Positions 27,101 to 40,840 of a stretch of 64,000 nucleotides of DNA are shown here, one piece after another (positions within the stretch are counted from its first letter, which is position 1; every line of letters starts with the position of its first letter). The position numbers and the translations under genes are program-made. The notes under the pieces are model-generated. The model saw only the letters and a program-made list of their open reading frames with translations. It did not search any database and was not told where the DNA came from. The DNA is from Eledone cirrhosa (taxonomy: Eukaryota), in the NCBI GenBank assembly GCA_964016885.1, contig OZ024744.1:120218001-120282000 (forward strand). Reading direction: 5' to 3'.

Positions 27101-29599
27101 ACATCTAATAGCATTAGAGCTGTGATCTCTCAATTTAGAGATTATTTCCTGAGACATTCTAACCACATGTATCAGAGATATTCTTAATAGTGATCTCTCA
27201 ATTCAGAGATTCTTTCCTGAGACATTCTAACCACATGTCATAGTATCGGAGCTGTTATCTCTCAATTCAGAGATTCTTTCCTGAGACATTCTAACCACAT
27301 GTCATAGTATCAGAGCTGTGATCTCTCAATTCAGATATTCTTTCCTGAGACATTCTAACCACATGTCATAGGATCAGATTTGTGATCTCTCAATTCAGAG
27401 ATTCTTTCCTGAGATATTCTAACCACATGTCATAGTATCAGAGCTGTGATCTCTCAATTCAGAGATTCTTTGCTGAGACATTCTAACCACATGTCACAGT
27501 ATCAGAGCTGTGATCTCTCAATTCAGAGATTCTTTCCTGGGATATTCTAACCACATTTCATACTATCAGAGCTGTGATCTCTCAATTCAGAGATTCTTTC
27601 CTGAGATATTCTAACCTCATGTCATAGTATCAGAGCTGTGATCTCCCAATTCAGAGATTCTTTCCTGGGATATTCTAACCACATGTAATAGTATTAGAGC
27701 TGTGATCTCTCAATTTAGAGATTCTTTCCTGAGACATTCTAACCACATGTATCAGAGATATTCTTAATAGTGATCTCTCAATTCAGAGATTCTTTCCTGA
27801 GACATTCTAAACACATGTCTGTAGTATCAGAGCTGTATGCTCTCAATTCAGAGATTCTTTCCTGGGACATTCTAACCACATGTCATATTATCAGAGCTGT
27901 TATCTCTCAATTCAGAGATTCTTTCCTGAGACATTCTAACCACGTCATAGTATCAGAGCTGTGATATCTCAATACTGAGATTCATTCCTGTGATATCTTA
28001 ACCACATGTCATAGTATCAGAGCTATGATCTCTCAATTCAGAGATTCTTTCCTGGGACATTCTAACCACATGTCATAGTATCAGAGCTGTGATCTCTCAA
28101 TTTAGAGATTCTTTCATGAGATATTCTAACCACATGTCATAGTATCAGATCTGTGATCTCTCAATTCAGAGATTCTTTCCTGAGACAGTCTAACCACATG
28201 TCATAGTATTAGAGCTGTGATCTCTCAATTCAGAGATTCTTTCCTGAGAAATTCTAACAACATGTCTGTAGTATCAGAGATGTGATCTCTCAATTCAGAT
28301 ATTCTTTCCTGAGACATTCTAACCACATGTCATAGTATCAGAGCTGTGATCTCTCAATTAAGAGATTCTTGCCTGAGACATTCTAACCAAATGTCATATT
28401 ATCAGGGCTGTGATATCTCAATTGAGAGATTCTTTCCTGAGATATTTTAACCACATATCATAGTATCAGAGCTGTCATCTCTCAATTTAGAGATTCTTTC
28501 ATGAGGTATTCTAACAACATGTCATAATATCAGAGCTATGATATCTCAATTCAGAGATTCTTTCCTGAGACATTCTAACCCCATATCTGTAGTATAAGAG
28601 CTGTGATCTCTCAATTCAGAGATTCTTTCCTGATACATTCTAACCACATGTCATAGTATCAGAGCTGTGATCTCTCAATTCAGAGATTCTTTCCTGAGAC
28701 GTTCTAACCACGTCATAGTATCAGAGCTGTGATCTCTCAATTCAGAGATTCTTTCCTGAGAACTTCTAACCACATGTCTGTAGTATCAGAGCTGTGATAT
28801 CTCAATTCAGAGATTCTCTCCTGATATATTCTAACCACATGTCATAGTATCAGAGCTGTGATCTCTCAATTCAGATATTCTTTCCTGAGAACTTCTAACC
28901 ACATGTCTGTAGTATCAGAGTTGTGATCTCTCAATTCAGAGATTCTTTCCTGAGATATTCTAACTACATGTAATAGTATTAGAGTTGTGATCTCTCAATT
29001 TAGAGATTCTTTCCTGAGACATTCTAACCACATGTATCAGAGATATTCTTAATAGTGATCTCTCAATTCAGAGATTCTTTCCTGAGACATTCTAACTCCA
29101 TGTCCACAGTATCAGAGCTGTGATTTCTCAATTTAGAGATTCTTTCCTGAGATATTCTAACCACATGTCATAGTATTAGAGATGTGATCTCTCAATTTAG
29201 AGATTCTTTCATGAGATATTCTAACCACATGTCATAGTATCAGAGCTCTGTACTCTCAATTCAGAGATTCTATCCTGAGACATTCTAACCACATGTCATA
29301 GTATTAGAGCTGTGATCTCCCAATTCAGAGAGTCTTTTCCGAGAAATTCTAAACACATGTCTGTAGTATAAGAGCTGTGATCTTTCAATTCAGAGATTCT
29401 TGCCTGAGACATTCTGACACCAGGTCCACACTATCAGAGCTGAGATCTCTCAATTCAGAGATTCTTTCCTGAGATATTCTAACCACATGTCATAGTATCA
29501 GAGCTGTCATCTCTCAATTCAGAGATTCTTTCCTGAGACATTCTAACCACATGTCATAATATTAGAGCCGTGATCTCTCAATTCAGAGATTCTTTCCTG

Positions 29600-31080
29600 A
29601 GAAATTCTAAACACATGTCTGTAGTATCAGAGCTGTGATCTCTCAATTCAGAGATTATTTCCTGAGACATTCTATCTCCACGTCCACAGTATCAGAGCTG
29701 TGATCTCTCAATTCAGAGATTCTTTCCAGAGACGTTCAAACCACATGTCATAGTATCAGTGCTGTGATCTCTCAATTCAGAGATTCTTTCATGAGATATT
29801 CTAACCACATGTCATAGTATCAGAGCTGTGATCTCTCAATTCAGAGATTCTTTCCCGGGATATTCTAACCACATGTCATAGTATCAGAGCTGTGATCTCT
29901 CAATTCAGATATTCTTTCCTGAGACATTTTAAACACATGTCATAGTATCAGGGCTGTGATACCTCAATTCAGAGATTCTTTCCTGGGACATTCTAAGCAC
30001 ATGTCATAGTATTAGAGCTGTGATCTCTCAATTCAGAGATTCTTTCCTGAGACATTCTACCCACATGTCATAGCATCAGAGCTGTCATCTCTCAATTCAG
30101 AGATTCTTTCCTGAGACATTCTAACCACATGTCATAGTATCAGAGCTGTGATCCCTCAATTTAGATATTCTTTCCTGAGACATTCTAACCACATCTCATA
30201 GTATGAGTGCTGTGATCTCTCAATTCAGATATTCTTTCCTGAGATATTCTGAACACATGTAATAGTATCAGAGATGTGATTACTCAATTCAGAGATTCTT
30301 TCCTGGGATATTCTAACCACATATCATAGTATCAGACCTGTGATCTCTCAATTCAGATATTCTTTCCTAAAACATTCTAACCACATGTCATAGTATCAGA
30401 GCTGTGATCTCTTAATTTAGAGATTCTTTCATGAGATAATCTAACCACATGTCATAGTATCAGAGCTGTGATCTCTCAATTCAGAGATTCTTTCCTGAGA
30501 CATTCTAGCCACATGTCATAGTATTAGAGCTGTGATCTCTCAATTCAGAGATTCTTTCCTGAGAAATTCTAACCACATGTCTGTAGTATCAGAGCTGTGA
30601 TCTCTCAATTCAGAGATTATTTCCTGAGACATTCTATCTCCACGTCCACAGTATCAGAGCTGTGATCTCTCAATTCAGAGATTCTTTCCAGAGACGTTCT
30701 AACCACATGTCATAGTATCAGTGCTGTGATCTCTCAATTCAGAGATTCTTTCATGAGATATTCTAACCATATGTCATAGTATCAGAGCTGTGATCTCTCA
30801 ATGCAGAGATTCTTTCCTGGGATATTCTAACCACATGTCATAGTATCAGAGCTGTGATCTCTCAATTCAGATATTCTTTCCTGAGACATTTTAAACACAT
30901 GTCATAGTATCAGAGCTGTGATACCTCAATTCAGAGATTCTTTCCTTGGACATTCTAAGCACATGTCATAGTATTAGAGCTGTGATCTCTCAATTCGGAG
31001 ATTCTTTCCTGAGACATTCTACCCACATGTCATAGTATCAGAGCTGTCATCTCTCAATTCAGAGATTCTTTCCTGAGACA
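29600..31080 (+). repeat. Block duplication with 962-bp offset (15 monomers)
   Basis: TCTATCTCCACGTCCACAG at 29671/30633, followed by the same order of variants (CCAGAGACGTT, TTTTAAACAC, GATACCTC, CTAAGCAC, CTACCCAC). The block appears again at 33832. Confidence 0.75.
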
Positions 31081-31959
31081 TTCGAACCACATGTCATAGT
31101 ATTGGAGCTGTGATCTCTCAATTCAGAGATTCTTTCCTGAGACATTCTAACCACATGTCATAGTATCAGAGCTGTGATATCTCAATTCAGAGATTCTTTC
31201 CTGAGATATTCTAACCACATGTCATAGTATCAGAGCTGTGATCTCTCAATTCAGAGATTCTTTCCTGAGAAATTCTAACCACATGTCTGTAGTATCAGAG
31301 CTGTGATCTCTCAATTCAGAGATTCTTTCCTGAGACGTTGTAACTCCATATCCACAGTATCTGAGCTGTGATCTCTCAATTCAGAGATTCTTTCCTGAGA
31401 CATTCTAACCACATCTCATAGTATGAGTGCTGTGATCTCTCAATTCAGATATTCTTTCCTGAGATATTCTGAACACATGTAATAGTATCAGAGCTGTGAT
31501 TACTCAATTCAGAGATTCTTTCCTGGGATATTCTAACCACATGTCATAGTATCAGACCTGTGATCTCTCAATTCAGATATTCTTTCCTAAAACATTCTAA
31601 CCACATGTCATATGATCAGAGTTGTGATTCTCAATTCAGAGATTCTTTCCTGAGATATTCTAACCACATCTCATAGTATCAGAGCTGTGATCTCTCAATT
31701 CAGAGATTCTTTCCTGAGACATTCTTACCAGATGTCATAGTATCAGAGCGGTGATCTCTCAATTTAGAGATTCTTTCCTGAGACATTCTAACCACATGTC
31801 ATAGTATCAGAACTGTGATCTCTCAATTCAGAGATTCTATCCTGAGACATTCTAACCACATGTCATAGTATCAGAGCTGTGATCTCTCAATTTAGAGATT
31901 CTTTCATGAGATATTCTAACCACATGTCATAGTATCAGATCTGTGATCTCTCAATTCAG

Positions 31960-34900
31960 AGATTCTTTCCTGAGATATTCTAACCACATGTCATAGTATC
32001 AGAGCTGTCATCTCTCAATTCAGAGATTCTTTCCTGAGACATTCTAACCACTTGTCATAGTATCAGAGCTGTGATCTCTTAATTTAGAGATCCTTTCATG
32101 AGATAATCTAACCACATGTCATAGTATCAGAGCTGTGATCTCTCAATTCAGAGATTCTTTCCAGAGACGTTCTAACCACATTTCATAGTATCAGTGCTGT
32201 GATCTCTCAATTCAGAGATTCTTTCATGAGATTTTCTAAACACATGTCATAGTATCAGAGCTGTGATCTCTCAATTCAGAGATTCTTTCCTGGGATATTC
32301 TAACCACATGTCATAGTATCAGATCTGTGATCTCTCAATTTAGATATTCTTTCCTGAGACATTCTAACCACATGTCATAGTATCAGAGCTGTGATCTCTC
32401 AATTCAGAGATTCTTTCATGGAACATTCTAACCACATGTCATAGTATTAGAGCTGTGACCTCTCAATTTAGAGATTCTTTCCTGAGACATTCTTACCACA
32501 TGTCATAGTATCAGAGCTGTGATCTCTCAATTTAGAGATTCTTTCCTGAGTCATTCTAACCACATGTCATAGTATCAGATCTGTCATCTCTCAATTCAGA
32601 GATTCTTTCCTGAGACATGCTAACCACATGTCATAGTATCAGAGCTGTGATATCTCAATTGAGAGATTCTTTCCTGAGTATTTTAACCACATATCATAGT
32701 ATCAGAGCAGTCATCTCTCATTCAGAGATTCTTTCCTGAGACATTCTAACCACATGTCATAGTATCAGAGCTGTGATCTCTCAATTTAGAGATTCTTTCA
32801 TGAGATATTCTAATCACATGTCATAATATCAGTGCTATGATCTCTCAATTCAAAGATTCTTTCCTGAGACATTCTAACCACATGTCTGTAGTATCAGATC
32901 TGTGATCTCTCAATTCAGAGATTCTTTCCTGATACATTCTAACGACATGTCATAGTATCAGAGCTGTGATATCTCAATTCAGAGATTCTTTCCTGAGACA
33001 TTCTAACCACGTCATAGTATCAGAGCTGTGATATCTCAATTCAGAGATTCTTTCCTGAGACGTTCTACTCACATGTCATAGTATCAGAGCTGTGATCTCT
33101 CAATTCAGAGATTATTCCTGAGATATTCTAACCACATGTCATAGTATCAGACCTGTCATCTCTCAATTCAGAGATTCTTTCCTGAGACATTCTAACCACA
33201 TGTCATAGTATCAGAGCTGTGATCTCTCATTTCAGAGATTCTTTCCTGAGACGTTCTAACCACATGTCATAGTATCAGTGCTGTGATCTCTCAATTCAGA
33301 TATTCTTTCCTGGGACATTCTAACCACATGTCATAGTATCAGAGCTGTGATCTCTCAATTCAGAGATTATTCCTGAGATATTCTAACCACATGTCATAGT
33401 ATCAGACCAGTCATCTCTCAATTCAGAGATTCTTTCCTGAGACATTCTAACCACATGTCATAGTATCAGAGCTGTGATCTCTCATTTCAGAGATTCTTTC
33501 CTGAGACGTTCTAACCACATGTCATAGTATCAGTGCTGTGATCTCTCAATTCAGAGATTCTTTCCTGAGACATTCTGACACCAGGTCCACACTATCAGAG
33601 CTGTGATCTCTCAATTCAGAGATTCTTTCCTGAGATATTCTAACCACATGTCATAGTATCAGAGCTGTCATCTCTCAATTCAGAGATTCTTTCCTGAGAC
33701 ATTCTAACCACATGTCATAATATTAGAGCCGTGATATCTCAATTCAGAGATTGTTTCCTGAGTAATTCTAACCACATGTCTGTAGTATCAGAGCTGTGAT
33801 CTCTCAATTCAGAGATTATTTCCTGAGACATTCTATCTCCACGTCCACAGTATCAGAGCAGTGATCTCTCAATTCAGAGATTCTTTCCAGAGACGTTCTA
33901 ACCACATGCCATAGTATCAGTGCTGTGATCTCTCAATTCAGAGATTCTTTCCTGAGATATTCTAACCACATGTCATAGTATCACATAGTATCAGAGCTGT
34001 GATCTCTCAATTCAGAGATTCTTTCCTGGGATATTCTAACCACATGTCATAGTATCAGAGCTGTGATCTCTCAATTCAGATATTCTTTCCTGAGACATTT
34101 TAAACACATGTCATAGTATCAGAGCTGTGATACCTCAATTCAGAGATTCTTTCCTGGGACATTCTAAGCACATGTCATAGTATTAGAGCTGTGATCTCTC
34201 AATTCAGAGATTCTTTCCTGAGACATTCTACCCACATGTCATAGTATCAGAGCTGTCATCTCTCAATTCAGAGATTCTTTCCTGAGACATTCTAACCACA
34301 TGTCATATTATCAGAGCTGTGATCTCTCAATTTAGATATTCTTTCCTGAGATATTCTAACCACATGTCATAGTATTAGAGCTGTGATCTCTCAATTCAGA
34401 GATTCTTTCCTGAGACATTCTAACCACATGTCTGTAGTATCAGAGCTGTATGTTCTCAATTCAGAGATTCTTTCCTGAGACATTCGAACCACATGTCATA
34501 GTATTGGAGCTGTGATCTCTCAATTCAGAGATTCTTTCCTGAGATATTCTAACCACATGTCATAGTATCAGAGCTGTGATCTCTCAATTCAGAGATTCTT
34601 TCCTGAAAAATTCTAACCACATGTCTGTAGTATCAGAGCTGTGATCTCTCAATTCAGAGATTCTTTCCTGAGATGTCCTAACTCCATGTCCACAGTATCA
34701 GAGCTGTGATCTCTCAATTCAGAGATTCTTTCCTGAGACATTCTAACCACATCTCATAGTATGAGTGCTGTGATTTCTCAATTCAGATATTCTTTCCTGA
34801 GATATTCTGAACACATGTAATAGTATCAGAGCTGTGATTACTCAATTCAGAGATTCTTTCCTGGGATATTCTAACCACATGTCATAGTATCAGACCTGTG

Positions 34901-37900
34901 ATCTCTCAATTCAGATATTCTTTCCTAAAACATTCTAACCACATGTCATAGGATCAGAGTTGTGATCTATCAATTCAGAGATTCTTTCCTGAGATATTCT
35001 AACCAGATCTCATAGTATCAGAGCTGTGATCTCTCAATTCAGAGATTCTTTCCTGAGACATTCTTACCACATGTCATAGTATCAGAGCTGTGATCTCTCA
35101 ATTTAGAGATTCTTTCCTGAGTCATTCTAACCACATGTCCTAGTATCAGATCTGTCATCTCTCAATTCAGAGATTCTTTCCTGAGACATGCTAACTACAT
35201 GTCATAGTATCAGAGCTGTGATCTCTCAATTTAGAGATTCTTTCATGAGATTTTCTAAACACATGTCATAATATCAGAGCTATGATCTCTCAATTCAGAG
35301 ATTCTTTGCTGAGACATTCTAACCACATGTCTGTAGTATCATAGCTGTGATCTCTCAATTCAGAGATTCTTTCCTGAGACATTCTAACCACATGTCATAG
35401 TATCAGAGCTGTGATATCTCAATTCAGAGATTCTTTCCTGAGTATTTTAACCCCATATCATAGTATCAGAGCAGTCATCTCTCATTCAGAGATTCTTTCC
35501 TGAGACATTCTAACCACATGTCATAGTATCAGAGCTGTGATCTCTCAATTTAGAGATTCTTTCATGAGATATTCTAATCACATGTCATAATATCAGTGCT
35601 ATGATCTCTCAATTCAAAGATTCTTTCCTGAGACATTCTAACCACATGTCTGTAGTATCAGATCTGTGATCTCTCAATTCAGAGATTCTTTCCTGATACA
35701 TTCTAACGATATGTCATAGTATCAGAGCTGTGATATCTCAATTCAGAGATTCTTTCCTGAGACATTCTAACCACGTCATAGTATCAGAGCTGTGATATCT
35801 CAATTCAGAGATTCTTTCCTGAGACGTTCTAATCACATGTCATAGTATCAGAGCTGTGATCTCTCAATTCAGAGATTCTTTCCTGAGATATTCTAACCAC
35901 ATATCATAGTATCAGACCTGTCATCTCTCAATTCAGAGATTCTTTCCTGAGACATTCTAACCACATGTCATAGGATCAGAGTTGTGATCTCTCAATTCAG
36001 AGATTCTTTCCTGAGATATTCTAACCACATCTCATACTATCAGAGCTGTGATCTCTCAATTCAGAGATTCTTTCCTGAGACATTCTTACCACATGTCATA
36101 GTATCAGAGCTGTGATCTCTCAATTTAGAGATTCTTTCCTGAGACATTCTAACCACATGTCATAGTATCAGAACTGTGATCTCTCAATTCAGAGGTTCTA
36201 TCCTGAGACATTCTAACCAAATGTCATAGTATCAGAGCTGTGATCTCTCAATTTAGAGATTCTTTCATGAGATATTCTAACCACATGTCATAGTATCAGA
36301 TCTGTGATATCTCAATTCAGAGATTCTTTCCTGAGATATTCTAACCACATGTCATAGTATCAGAGCTGTCATCTCTCAATTCAGAGATTCTTTCCTGAGA
36401 CATTCTAACCACTTGTCATAGTATCAGAGCTGTGATCTCTTAATTTAGAGATCCTTTCATGAGATAATCTAACCACATGTCATAGTATCAGAGCTGTGAT
36501 CTCTCAATTCAGAGATTCTTTCCAGAGACGTTCTAACCACATTTCATAGTATCAGTGCTGTGATCTCTCAATTCAGAGATTCTTTCATGAGATTTTCTAA
36601 ACACATGTCATAGTATCAGAGCTGTGATCTCTCAATTCAGAGATTCTTTCCTGGGATATTCTAACCACATGTCATAGTATCAGATCTGTGATCTCTCAAT
36701 TTAGATATTCTTTCCTGAGACATTCTAACCACATGTCATAGTATCAGAGCTGTGATCTCTCAATTCAGAGATTCTTTCATGGAACATTCTAACCACATGT
36801 CATAGTATTAGAGCTGTGACCTCTCAATTTAGAGATTCTTTCCTGAGACATTCTTACCACATGTCATAGTATCAGAGCTGTGATCTCTCAATTTAGAGAT
36901 TCTTTCCTGAGTCATTCTAACCACATGTCATAGTATCAGATCTGTCATCTCTCAATTCAGAGATTCTTTCCTGAGACATGCTAACCACATGTCATAGTAT
37001 CAGAGCTGTGATATCTCAATTGAGAGATTCTTTCCTGAGTATTTTAACCACATATCATAGTATCAGAGCAGTCATCTCTCATTCAGAGATTCTTTCCTGA
37101 GACATTCTAACCACATGTCATAGTATCAGAGCTGTGATCTCTCAATTTAGAGATTCTTTCATGAGATATTCTAATCACATGTCATAATATCAGTGCTATG
37201 ATCTCTCAATTCAAAGATTCTTTCCTGAGACATTCTAACCACATGTCTGTAGTATCAGATCTGTGATCTCTCAATTCAGAGATTCTTTCCTGATACATTC
37301 TAACGACATGTCATAGTATCAGAGCTGTGATATCTCAATTCAGAGATTCTTTCCTGAGACATTCTAACCACGTCATAGTATCAGAGCTGTGATATCTCAA
37401 TTCAGAGATTCTTTCCTGAGACGTTCTACTCACATGTCATAGTATCAGAGCTGTGATCTCTCAATTCAGAGATTATTCCTGAGATATTCTAACCACATGT
37501 CATAGTATCAGACCTGTCATCTCTCAATTCAGAGATTCTTTCCTGAGACATTCTAACCACATGTCATAGTATCAGAGCTGTGATCTCTCATTTCAGAGAT
37601 TCTTTCCTGAGACGTTCTAACCACATGTCATAGTATCAGTGCTGTGATCTCTCAATTCAGATATTCTTTCCTGGGACATTCTAACCACATGTCATAGTAT
37701 CAGAGCTGTGATCTCTCAATTCAGAGATTATTCCTGAGATATTCTAACCACATGTCATAGTATCAGACCAGTCATCTCTCAATTCAGAGATTCTTTCCTG
37801 AGACATTCTAACCACATGTCATAGTATCAGAGCTGTGATCTCTCATTTCAGAGATTCTTTCCTGAGACGTTCTAACCACATGTCATAGTATCAGTGCTGT

Positions 37901-40840
37901 GATCTCTCAATTCAGAGATTCTTTCCTGAGACATTCTGACACCAGGTCCACACTATCAGAGCTGTGATCTCTCAATTCAGAGATTCTTTCCTGAGATATT
38001 CTAACCACATGTCATAGTATCAGAGCTGTCATCTCTCAATTCAGAGATTCTTTCCTGAGACATTCTAACCACATGTCATAATATTAGAGCCGTGATATCT
38101 CAATTCAGAGATTGTTTCCTGAGTAATTCTAACCACATGTCTGTAGTATCAGAGCTGTGATCTCTCAATTCAGAGATTATTTCCTGAGACATTCTATCTC
38201 CACGTCCACAGTATCAGAGCAGTGATCTCTCAATTCAGAGATTCTTTCCAGAGACGTTCTAACCACATGCCATAGTATCAGTGCTGTGATCTCTCAATTC
38301 AGAGATTCTTTCCTGAGATATTCTAACCACATGTCATAGTATCACATAGTATCAGAGCTGTGATCTCTCAATTCAGAGATTCTTTCCTGGGATATTCTAA
38401 CCACATGTCATAGTATCAGAGCTGTGATCTCTCAATTCAGATATTCTTTCCTGAGACATTTTAAACACATGTCATAGTATCAGAGCTGTGATACCTCAAT
38501 TCAGAGATTCTTTCCTGGGACATTCTAAGCACATGTCATAGTATTAGAGCTGTGATCTCTCAATTCAGAGATTCTTTCCTGAGACATTCTACCCACATGT
38601 CATAGTATCAGAGCTGTCATCTCTCAATTCAGAGATTCTTTCCTGAGACATTCTAACCACATGTCATATTATCAGAGCTGTGATCTCTCAATTTAGATAT
38701 TCTTTCCTGAGATATTCTAACCACATGTCATAGTATTAGAGCTGTGATCTCTCAATTCAGAGATTCTTTCCTGAGACATTCTAACCACATGTCTGTAGTA
38801 TCAGAGCTGTATGTTCTCAATTCAGAGATTCTTTCCTGAGACATTCGAACCACATGTCATAGTATTGGAGCTGTGATCTCTCAATTCAGAGATTCTTTCC
38901 TGAGATATTCTAACCACATGTCATAGTATCAGAGCTGTGATCTCTCAATTCAGAGATTCTTTCCTGAAAAATTCTAACCACATGTCTGTAGTATCAGAGC
39001 TGTGATCTCTCAATTCAGAGATTCTTTCCTGAGATGTCCTAACTCCATGTCCACAGTATCAGAGCTGTGATCTCTCAATTCAGAGATTCTTTCCTGAGAC
39101 ATTCTAACCACATCTCATAGTATGAGTGCTGTGATTTCTCAATTCAGATATTCTTTCCTGAGATATTCTGAACACATGTAATAGTATCAGAGCTGTGATT
39201 ACTCAATTCAGAGATTCTTTCCTGGGATATTCTAACCACATGTCATAGTATCAGACCTGTGATCTCTCAATTCAGATATTCTTTCCTAAAACATTCTAAC
39301 CACATGTCATAGGATCAGAGTTGTGATCTATCAATTCAGAGATTCTTTCCTGAGATATTCTAACCAGATCTCATAGTATCAGAGCTGTGATCTCTCAATT
39401 CAGAGATTCTTTCCTGAGACATTCTTACCACATGTCATAGTATCAGAGCTGTGATCTCTCAATTTAGAGATTCTTTCCTGAGTCATTCTAACCACATGTC
39501 CTAGTATCAGATCTGTCATCTCTCAATTCAGAGATTCTTTCCTGAGACATGCTAACTACATGTCATAGTATCAGAGCTGTGATCTCTCAATTTAGAGATT
39601 CTTTCATGAGATTTTCTAAACACATGTCATAATATCAGAGCTATGATCTCTCAATTCAGAGATTCTTTGCTGAGACATTCTAACCACATGTCTGTAGTAT
39701 CATAGCTGTGATCTCTCAATTCAGAGATTCTTTCCTGAGACATTCTAACCACATGTCATAGTATCAGAGCTGTGATATCTCAATTCAGAGATTCTTTCCT
39801 GAGTATTTTAACCCCATATCATAGTATCAGAGCAGTCATCTCTCATTCAGAGATTCTTTCCTGAGACATTCTAACCACATGTCATAGTATCAGAGCTGTG
39901 ATCTCTCAATTTAGAGATTCTTTCATGAGATATTCTAATCACATGTCATAATATCAGTGCTATGATCTCTCAATTCAAAGATTCTTTCCTGAGACATTCT
40001 AACCACATGTCTGTAGTATCAGATCTGTGATCTCTCAATTCAGAGATTCTTTCCTGATACATTCTAACGATATGTCATAGTATCAGAGCTGTGATATCTC
40101 AATTCAGAGATTCTTTCCTGAGACATTCTAACCACGTCATAGTATCAGAGCTGTGATATCTCAATTCAGAGATTCTTTCCTGAGACGTTCTAATCACATG
40201 TCATAGTATCAGAGCTGTGATCTCTCAATTCAGAGATTCTTTCCTGAGATATTCTAACCACATATCATAGTATCAGACCTGTCATCTCTCAATTCAGAGA
40301 TTCTTTCCTGAGACATTCTAACCACATGTCATAGGATCAGAGTTGTGATCTCTCAATTCAGAGATTCTTTCCTGAGATATTCTAACCACATCTCATACTA
40401 TCAGAGCTGTGATCTCTCAATTCAGAGATTCTTTCCTGAGACATTCTTACCACATGTCATAGTATCAGAGCTGTGATCTCTCAATTTAGAGATTCTTTCC
40501 TGAGACATTCTAACCACATGTCATAGTATCAGAACTGTGATCTCTCAATTCAGAGGTTCTATCCTGAGACATTCTAACCAAATGTCATAGTATCAGAGCT
40601 GTGATCTCTCAATTTAGAGATTCTTTCATGAGATATTCTAACCACATGTCATAGTATCAGATCTGTGATATCTCAATTCAGAGATTCTTTCCTGAGATAT
40701 TCTAACCACATGTCATAGTATCAGAGCTGTCATCTCTCAATTCAGAGATTCTTTCCTGAGACATTCTAACCACTTGTCATAGTATCAGAGCTGTGATCTC
40801 TTAATTTAGAGATCGTTTCATGAGATAATCTAACCACATG
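31960..40840 (+). repeat. Higher-order tandem duplication, 4361-bp period (about 68 monomers), 2 near-identical copies
   Basis: TCCTTTCATG at 32091/36452 (TCGTTTCATG at 40813), GACACCAGG at 33577/37938 and doubled CATAGTATCA at 33974/38335, all +4361. Confidence 0.93.

Noticed and set aside
27770-27964. 64-aa ORF MISQFRDSFLRH...
   Set aside because: It begins at a GTG that is part of the satellite and merely translates three monomers whose indels happen to avoid stop codons (ISQFRDSFLRHS recurs). There is no gene context and no recognisable domain.
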